Shown here one piece after another: positions 58,513 to 64,000 of a stretch of DNA of 64,000 bases (positions within the stretch are counted from its first letter, which is position 1; every line of letters starts with the position of its first letter). The stretch spans positions 1,024,001 to 1,088,000 of the forward strand of contig CAVTNB010000001.1 of the NCBI GenBank assembly GCA_963736005.1, written 5' to 3'. The translations under genes were made by a program, and so were the position numbers. The notes beneath the pieces were generated by a model. It was not told the DNA's origin. It made no database searches and saw only the letters and a list, made by a program, of their open reading frames with translations. Source of the stretch: an uncultured Pseudomonadota bacterium (GTDB lineage Bacteria; Vulcanimicrobiota; Vulcanimicrobiia; Eremiobacterales; Eremiobacteraceae).

Positions 58513-60138
58513 ATGGCGCGCACCGCCTTGACGAATTTGTTCCAACGCCTGCACGCCGTGCACGCAGAGGCAGCGCATTCTGGTTTAGCGGTGGACGCGG
58601 TCGACGAGCTCCAGCGCACCCGGCGGCTGCGGCGTGCCGAGTTTCTTGCGGGCGCGGCGAGCGCCGGGGCCACACTTCTGGCTGCCTGCTCGTCGAAGCC
58701 CGCGCAGACTGTCATGAAGTCGGCGGGTGCACCACGAATTCTCATCATCGGAGGCGGTCTCGCCGGTGCGTCCTGCGCATATCGGTTGTGGAAAGCCGGC
58801 GTGCCCTTTACGCTGTGCGAAGCCAACTCAGCGTTTGGCGGACGCACGTGGACGTTGCGCAATTTCTTTGACGCCGGGCAGCTGGTCGAGCACGGCGGTG
58901 AGTTCGTATCGAGCGAGCACACCGCTTTGCGCGACTTGTGCGCCGAGCTTGACCTTCCGCTTGAGGATCTGCGCGCCGCGCAGCCACGGGATACCGAAGA
59001 AATTTACTATGTACGCGGCGAGAAGTATACGTGGTCGGAGATGCTGCGCGACTACGCGCCGATCTATCCCTCCATTGCAAATGCGGCCAAAGCGGCCCCG
59101 TTTCCCACGCTCTATAACCACTACACGCCGGCTGGTCTTCGCTACGATCGCATGTCGGCGCGCGAATTCATCGTCTCGACGATTCCCGGTGGTCTTAACT
59201 CGAGAATCGGTTGGTTGATGGACCTCAACGTCACAACCGAGAACGGCGGAGACTCAACCGACCAGAGCTCGCTCGAATACATCTACATGCTCGGGTACAT
59301 GCAAGCCCTGACCGGCCACAAACATCAGGCATTCTATTTGGTTGGCACCGACGAGCGCTATCACGTGATCGGAGGCAACGATCAAGTGGTCGGCACGATG
59401 ATCAAGCGCTTACCCCAGGCTAGCCTGTTTCCCAATCATGCTCTCGTCTCGCTCGTCCGGCGATCCGACGGCTCGTACACTGCCACGTTCAAATCTGCAC
59501 TGCAAACGACCGAGTTGCACGCAGATCATGTAGTGCTGGCGTTGCCCTTCACAACGCTGCGCAACTGTGATGTTGCGCGAGCAGGCTTTGAGCCCCGCAA
59601 GATCATGTCGATCGACAAACTGGGCATGGGGACGAACACAAAGATGCACGTGCAATTTCGCAATCGCCTCTGGTACACGCTCGGCTACAACGGCTACACC
59701 TATGCCGATAAGGATTTCCAACAGACATGGGAGGCTTCACGCCACCAAGCGGGTGAGGCGGGCATTCTGACGAGCTATTACGGAGGGTCGTGGGGAGCAA
59801 GCTTCAAAGCGCCGTCGTTTGGGCCGGCCTCTCCCCCATACGTCAACGAATTTCTCACCGGTCTCGAACCGATTTATCCGGGGAGCAGCAAAGCCCAAAA
59901 TGGCAAAGCGTACATGGACTACTGGACCGGCGATCCATGGCATCATGGATCGTACTCGTACGGGCGGGTTGGACAATATACAACGTTCATCGGCATCGAA
60001 CCGGTGCGCCAAGGCAACGTGCACTTCTGCGGCGAGCACTGCTCGATTAATTTTGGCGGCTTTATGAACGGTGCGGTGGAAACAGGTCAACGCGTTGCAG
60101 CGGTCATCGCCAAGGAAGTCGGCGCGCAAGCTGCGTGA
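58513..60138 (+). CDS. flavin monoamine oxidase family protein with a Tat-like/lipoprotein leader
   Basis: IIGGGLAG, EA....GGR, EHGGEF, HFCGEH...GFMNGAVETG; RRAEFL...LLAAC; GGAGG RBS. Confidence 0.85.
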   Translation: MARTALTNLFQRLHAVHAEAAHSGLAVDAVDELQRTRRLRRAEFLAGAASAGATLLAACSSKPAQTVMKSAGAPRILIIGGGLAGASCAYRLWKAGVPFTLCEANSAFGGRTWTLRNFFDAGQLVEHGGEFVSSEHTALRDLCAELDLPLEDLRAAQPRDTEEIYYVRGEKYTWSEMLRDYAPIYPSIANAAKAAPFPTLYNHYTPAGLRYDRMSAREFIVSTIPGGLNSRIGWLMDLNVTTENGGDSTDQSSLEYIYMLGYMQALTGHKHQAFYLVGTDERYHVIGGNDQVVGTMIKRLPQASLFPNHALVSLVRRSDGSYTATFKSALQTTELHADHVVLALPFTTLRNCDVARAGFEPRKIMSIDKLGMGTNTKMHVQFRNRLWYTLGYNGYTYADKDFQQTWEASRHQAGEAGILTSYYGGSWGASFKAPSFGPASPPYVNEFLTGLEPIYPGSSKAQNGKAYMDYWTGDPWHHGSYSYGRVGQYTTFIGIEPVRQGNVHFCGEHCSINFGGFMNGAVETGQRVAAVIAKEVGAQAA

Positions 60139-60141
60139 CGA

Positions 60142-60167
60142 GGGGCGATTTTCCAATCGCCCCCTAC
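60142..60167. repeat. REP class A (GGGGCGATTTTCCAATCGCCCCCTAC)
   Basis: Between convergent genes; its CTA is the peptidase stop codon. Confidence 0.8.
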
Positions 60168-60868
60168 AAGAGGATCTCTGGCTTGATCGATTCTTCTATG
60201 AGTTTGCCGGTGTGCAGGCGCAAACGGTACGCTCGCGCGCGCTGACGTGAGGTAACGATCCGTTCCAAGCGGTCATCGCGGTAGACAAGGGCAACGTTGT
60301 CGTCGGCAGCATAACCTCCAGGCAATCTACCTGACCTCACAAGCTGCCGGTACACCGGACGGCGCTTTGGCTCGCTGTCGTAATGCGGACAGAAACTCCC
60401 TCGTAAAAAGCCAAGACATCGCAGTGGCGCGTAACGACCAGGATACGAATCAGTCACCCCGCCTGAAAACCAGCACAACCCACCCGCGCTTTGACCCGCA
60501 AGCACAATGCCTCGCTCGTAGGCGGTGCGCATCGCCACGTCCAGACCCCACGCTTTCCAGAGGATCAACAAATTGCGTGTGTTACCCCCGCCGACATAGA
60601 TGACATCGTGCTTGAGAACAAATGAATGCAACGGCTCGAGTGGCTGCGCGTACAGGGAGAGGTGAGAAGGTTTTGCTCCGAGCTTCTTGGCCATTTTGTA
60701 GAACGTCGCGATGACGGTTTCCGAGTCTCCGACGGCGGTAGCGACACAGCACACGCGGGGTGACTCGCGCCCGGATTGCTCGAGCACGTATGCACACAAT
60801 GTTGGGTCAGGCTTCGTCGTGGAGAAGCCCCCGCCACCAATCGCGATAATGGTTCTTGCACGGCGCAT
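60164..60868 (-). CDS. peptidase E / S51 family (class I glutamine amidotransferase-like fold)
   Basis: IIAIGGG, IYVGGGNT, GQSAG (Ser nucleophile), SFCPHYD. Confidence 0.85.
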   Translation of the reverse strand: MRRARTIIAIGGGGFSTTKPDPTLCAYVLEQSGRESPRVCCVATAVGDSETVIATFYKMAKKLGAKPSHLSLYAQPLEPLHSFVLKHDVIYVGGGNTRNLLILWKAWGLDVAMRTAYERGIVLAGQSAGGLCWFSGGVTDSYPGRYAPLRCLGFLRGSFCPHYDSEPKRRPVYRQLVRSGRLPGGYAADDNVALVYRDDRLERIVTSRQRARAYRLRLHTGKLIEESIKPEILL

Positions 60869-60905
60869 GGAATTCGATACGATAGGCGAATTCCAAGCTC
60901 CGCTT

Positions 60906-61367
60906 ATGTCGTACCTCATTCGTGAACTTTCCATCGCCGAGCTGCCCGTGGTCACGGATCTCCGGCACGCAATGATTCGAGAGATCGAGGGAGAGGATTT
61001 GGATCTTGAGATTCCAGGGTGGCGCGAACGCTACGTCGCTTTTTTTGAAGGACATGCCCGCAAGTCTCGGGGGGCAGTCTGGGCAGCCGAGCAGGACGGG
61101 CATATCATTGGAATCGCCGCGGCTTATATGCCGACCAATCATCGGTCCGCAATCGTTGGCAGCGAGCAACTGTATATCTGCAACGTGTACGTCGTGCCCG
61201 CGCGGCGCCGTCAAGGGATTGGCAAAGCCTTGACGCTGCACGCGGTAGAATGGGCGCGCACGAAGCATTGCGACGTGGTGCGCCTGCGGACTTCGCGGAT
61301 GGGACGCCCGTTGTATGAGTCGGCAGGGTTCGAGCCATCCGACGAGATGGAGCTTTTTCTCAGGTAG
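60906..61367 (+). CDS. GNAT-family N-acetyltransferase
   Basis: YICNVYVVPARRRQGIGKAL, LYESAGF. Confidence 0.85.
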   Translation: MSYLIRELSIAELPVVTDLRHAMIREIEGEDLDLEIPGWRERYVAFFEGHARKSRGAVWAAEQDGHIIGIAAAYMPTNHRSAIVGSEQLYICNVYVVPARRRQGIGKALTLHAVEWARTKHCDVVRLRTSRMGRPLYESAGFEPSDEMELFLR

Positions 61368-61374
61368 TTCTCAG
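61358..61374 (+). promoter_or_regulatory. perfect TCTCAG-N5-TCTCAG direct repeat upstream of the small membrane protein
   Basis: TCTCAG-GTAGT-TCTCAG, 68 nt before ATG 61443; it overlaps the GNAT stop. Confidence 0.55.
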
Positions 61375-61380
61375 ATTGGT

Positions 61381-61405
61381 GGGCGACTTGACAGTCGACC
61401 GCTAC
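61381..61405. repeat. REP class D (GGGCGACTTGACAGTCGACCGCTAC)
   Basis: Hairpin plus CTAC. Confidence 0.7.
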
Positions 61406-61442
61406 ATGAGCTTATGGCTCGCAGCGCGAAGATGCTGTTATT

Positions 61443-61757
61443 ATGGAAAATCCTTCGTCTTCTCCAGCAGCGGTGCTCTACATGCGCCTGCACGTGTGGA
61501 GCTTCGCACTCGCTTGCGCGATCACTGCGTTACTTCTCGGCCTCATCGCGTGGCCCATTCACGCTATGATGATGGCACGTGCGGCCGTCAAATATGGGGT
61601 GTACCGCGGACCTTGGCACAACATGGCAGGACCGCACGCTCCGATGATGATGCATCACGGCTTTGGCGCTTGGCATCTGCTGATTTTTATGGTGGCGGCT
61701 GGCGTCGGGGGTGCGATTCTCGCCGCACTGTACAACGCGTTTGCGGTGCGGCGCTAA
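61443..61757 (+). CDS. small 2-TM membrane protein with a His/Met-rich loop
   Basis: Two hydrophobic helices flank HAMMM...WHNMAGPHAPMMMHHG..WH. Confidence 0.65.
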   Translation: MENPSSSPAAVLYMRLHVWSFALACAITALLLGLIAWPIHAMMMARAAVKYGVYRGPWHNMAGPHAPMMMHHGFGAWHLLIFMVAAGVGGAILAALYNAFAVRR

Positions 61758-63187
61758 GCGCTTAGCTCCTCAACTTCGCTCACCAGGTCCGCCTGAATTG
61801 CCTTGATCGTGTCGGGCTGGCGCATGCAGACGTACGCGAATCGCGCGAGCCCAATCGCAAGCAACGCTAAAAACACATACGGCAAGACGTTGTAGGGCGG
61901 CGCGGGCACCGGATAGACGCTGCCAATGGTTGCGATCGCCAGCATCGCGATGGACAAAATCGCCATGACGATGGGCGTCGCGCTCATTTCTCCCCGTCGA
62001 CGCAAGTAGAGCGGCGAGCCGATCGACACTAAGATGTAAGCGAACAAAAAGCCGAACGTCGCAACGGACCCCAGGTAGCCAAACGCGTCGAGCAGTGCCG
62101 CGTGCGAGATGATCAGGCCCAGCGGCGCCAGCAGGACGACGGCCGCCGCAATGGTCACCGCGACGTGGGGTGTTGCATGCACCTCGTGCGTGCCGGCCGC
62201 AGACGCATGCACGAGTCCATGTTTCGACATTGCGAAGATCACTCGCGCGCCGGCGTTGATGCATGCCAACGCACAGGCGAAAAAGCCGACGGTCGCGCCG
62301 GCCGCAAACAGGGTACCCAGGAGAGGAAGTCCAGCGATGTGCGAGAGCACGTTGAGCGGCGCATTTGACTGGCCAAGCGAGGTCGACTGGCCTTGGAAAG
62401 CATCGACGAGTGTGTACGACATGAAGGTGAAGAACGCACCGACGGCTATCACGGTCACGAGCACGGATCGGGGAATGGTACGCAACGGATTGCGCGCCTC
62501 ATGCCCGAGCGCGGTGGCACTCTCAAATCCGACGAAGCTAAAAAACGCAAGCACAAGCCCCTGGAGCATGGCTTTGGGTGACGCTCCCACAAGCGAGAAC
62601 TGCGCAGTGTCATACAACCGGCCGGTCTTGACGTAAAAAGCAAACGCGAGCAGCAGCACGACGCCGACCGAAAAAAACTCCAGACCTAACATGAATTTCG
62701 TCGAGAGTTCGATATCTCTGTACGCCAGGTACCATGCCCCGACGGCCACCGCGATCATGACGACCACCGTCACCACAAGACCCGCATTGTATCCAGAGAG
62801 GGCGTGCATGAGGACGGCAACGTAGTTGGCGGCTCCGCACAACGTCGCTCCACCGGTGATCAGATAGGCGATCACGAGCGACCAACCCGATATGACGCCC
62901 CAGGTTGGTCCCATCCCCTGCGCAACGAAGGTGTAGAGCGCGCCTGGCGAGGCCGACCGTTTTGCGAACTGGTTGATATGGTAGGTGACCAAGAGCAGGG
63001 CAACCGTTGAGAATGCATAGGTCAGCCATAACCCGCCGCCCGTAATAGCGAAGACCGCTGGAATGATGAGGGCCGGTGTCGCGGATGGCGCGATGTTGGC
63101 AACGGACTGGGCCACCACTTCAATGAAGGACAGGCAGTTGCGGCGCAGACCCGCTTGGGGAATGGGCAACAGTCCTTCTTTGATCAT
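61754..63187 (-). CDS. APC-family amino acid/polyamine permease
   Basis: AQSVANIAPS, SPGALYTFV, SFVGFESATALGHEARNP, ~12 TM helices. Confidence 0.9.
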   Translation of the reverse strand: MIKEGLLPIPQAGLRRNCLSFIEVVAQSVANIAPSATPALIIPAVFAITGGGLWLTYAFSTVALLLVTYHINQFAKRSASPGALYTFVAQGMGPTWGVISGWSLVIAYLITGGATLCGAANYVAVLMHALSGYNAGLVVTVVVMIAVAVGAWYLAYRDIELSTKFMLGLEFFSVGVVLLLAFAFYVKTGRLYDTAQFSLVGASPKAMLQGLVLAFFSFVGFESATALGHEARNPLRTIPRSVLVTVIAVGAFFTFMSYTLVDAFQGQSTSLGQSNAPLNVLSHIAGLPLLGTLFAAGATVGFFACALACINAGARVIFAMSKHGLVHASAAGTHEVHATPHVAVTIAAAVVLLAPLGLIISHAALLDAFGYLGSVATFGFLFAYILVSIGSPLYLRRRGEMSATPIVMAILSIAMLAIATIGSVYPVPAPPYNVLPYVFLALLAIGLARFAYVCMRQPDTIKAIQADLVSEVEELSA

Positions 63188-63220
63188 GCTCTCCCTCGTT
63201 TGGGTGCAGTGATGAACGAA

Positions 63221-63245
63221 CGCGCGAATAAATTCGCGCGACTAC
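63221..63245. repeat. REP class B (CGCGCGAATAAATTCGCGCGACTAC)
   Basis: Identical to 47700-47724. Confidence 0.82.
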
Positions 63246-63264
63246 CCGACATACCTGGCCCGTT

Positions 63265-63999
63265 CTAGTTCAACGAGCCCGTGCGATACCCGCGCGTATC
63301 GATTTCCACTCGTTTGTAGCCGACACTGCGCAATGCCTGACCAATGTGGCGGTGCGCGCTTTGAAGCTGTTCGATTCGATCGGCCGGCACTTCAATACGT
63401 GCGGTCGAGCCATAGTGGCGCACGCGCACGACGTCGTAGCCAAGTGCGCGCAGATAGCGCTCGGCGAGATCGATCCTTCGCAAGTCTTCTGCGTTGATGG
63501 CGGTCCCATGTGGCACGCGAGACGACAGGCACGGCGTCGCAGGCTTGTCGTGCACGACCAAGCCAAGTCGCTTCGCAAGGTCGCGAATGGCAGCCTTGCC
63601 TAGGCCTGCTTGCGCGAGCGGGCTGCGAACGCCGAGCCTTCGGCCAGCTTCTTGACCGGGGCGGTAGTCTTGCGGGGTGCGCCCGTCGTCTGCGTTCGAG
63701 CCATCGAGGACGTAGGCGTATCCACGCTCGCGTGCGATGGCGACGAGCCGCGAAAATAATTCGTCCTTACAATAGAAGCAGCGGTTCTTCGGGTTCGAGA
63801 TATAGTTTGGATTGTCAAACTCATGCGTCTCGATGATCTCGTGGGAGACGCCTATCTGCTTGGCGAGCTCCGCCGCCGCTTCGATTTCCCCTTGGGCGAT
63901 CGAGGACGAGCTGCCCGTAATGGCGAGAACGTTGTCGTGCAGCTCCTCATGTGCGACGGCGAGCAGCGTTGCGCTATCTACGCCACCGGAATACGCGAC
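63265..63999 (-). CDS. larE: LarE-family ATP-dependent sulfur transferase (5' truncated by window edge)
   Basis: Manual translation gives one open frame: VAYSGGVDS (PP-loop), NRCFYCK, DGSNADD..DYRPG, RSPL, DKPATPCLSSR, GYRTGSLN. Confidence 0.88.
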   Translation of the reverse strand, partial: VAYSGGVDSATLLAVAHEELHDNVLAITGSSSSIAQGEIEAAAELAKQIGVSHEIIETHEFDNPNYISNPKNRCFYCKDELFSRLVAIARERGYAYVLDGSNADDGRTPQDYRPGQEAGRRLGVRSPLAQAGLGKAAIRDLAKRLGLVVHDKPATPCLSSRVPHGTAINAEDLRRIDLAERYLRALGYDVVRVRHYGSTARIEVPADRIEQLQSAHRHIGQALRSVGYKRVEIDTRGYRTGSLN

Positions 64000-64000
64000 C

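Noticed and set aside
60711..60955. Apparent head-to-head overlap of peptidase E and GNAT
   Set aside because: Recognisable domains start at ATG 60868 (-) and ATG 60906 (+), so there is no real overlap
1..64000. tRNA, rRNA, IS/transposase, integrase, prophage or defence genes
   Set aside because: No such motifs were seen; nearly all sequence is explained by CDS and short REP-containing spacers

Overview
A bacterial chromosomal window of roughly 60% GC (by eye) with about 47 CDS. I see no rRNA, tRNA, CRISPR array, IS element or phage genes. The gene style (Cys-rich TonB-dependent receptors, paralogous BNR/VPS10 proteins, form I CO dehydrogenase) suggests a diderm soil bacterium, possibly Eremiobacterota; this is inference. 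Main content: (1) a form I aerobic CO dehydrogenase cluster, coxM-S-L-G-xdhC(YHS)-D-E, with the CoxL motif AYRCSFR. (2) Two MFP+RND pairs with no outer-membrane-factor gene. One lies downstream of a TonB-dependent receptor-like protein that carries a ~320-aa C-terminal extension of two repeated Cys-pair domains. An MprA-like regulator, a STAS protein and a sensor kinase are adjacent, and four promoters there share one TCTCAG-type direct repeat + N10 + -10 architecture. (3) A run of secreted hydrolases and korAB. (4) Tandem PilZ genes. (5) A putrescine/GABA catabolic region in which gabT-patA-aldehyde dehydrogenase and a TonB-dependent receptor + flavin amine oxidase pair have identical promoters (TTGT-N8-TACATAGT-N19-TACACT) on either side of a PucR-family regulator, which is a candidate TonB-dependent polyamine utilization locus. 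(6) About 24 GTAG/CTAC-tagged REP-like palindromes of 4-5 sequence classes in intergenic gaps. Two genes carry single-base frameshifts in short homopolymers, probably sequencing errors. All product calls come from motif recognition; no searches were run.
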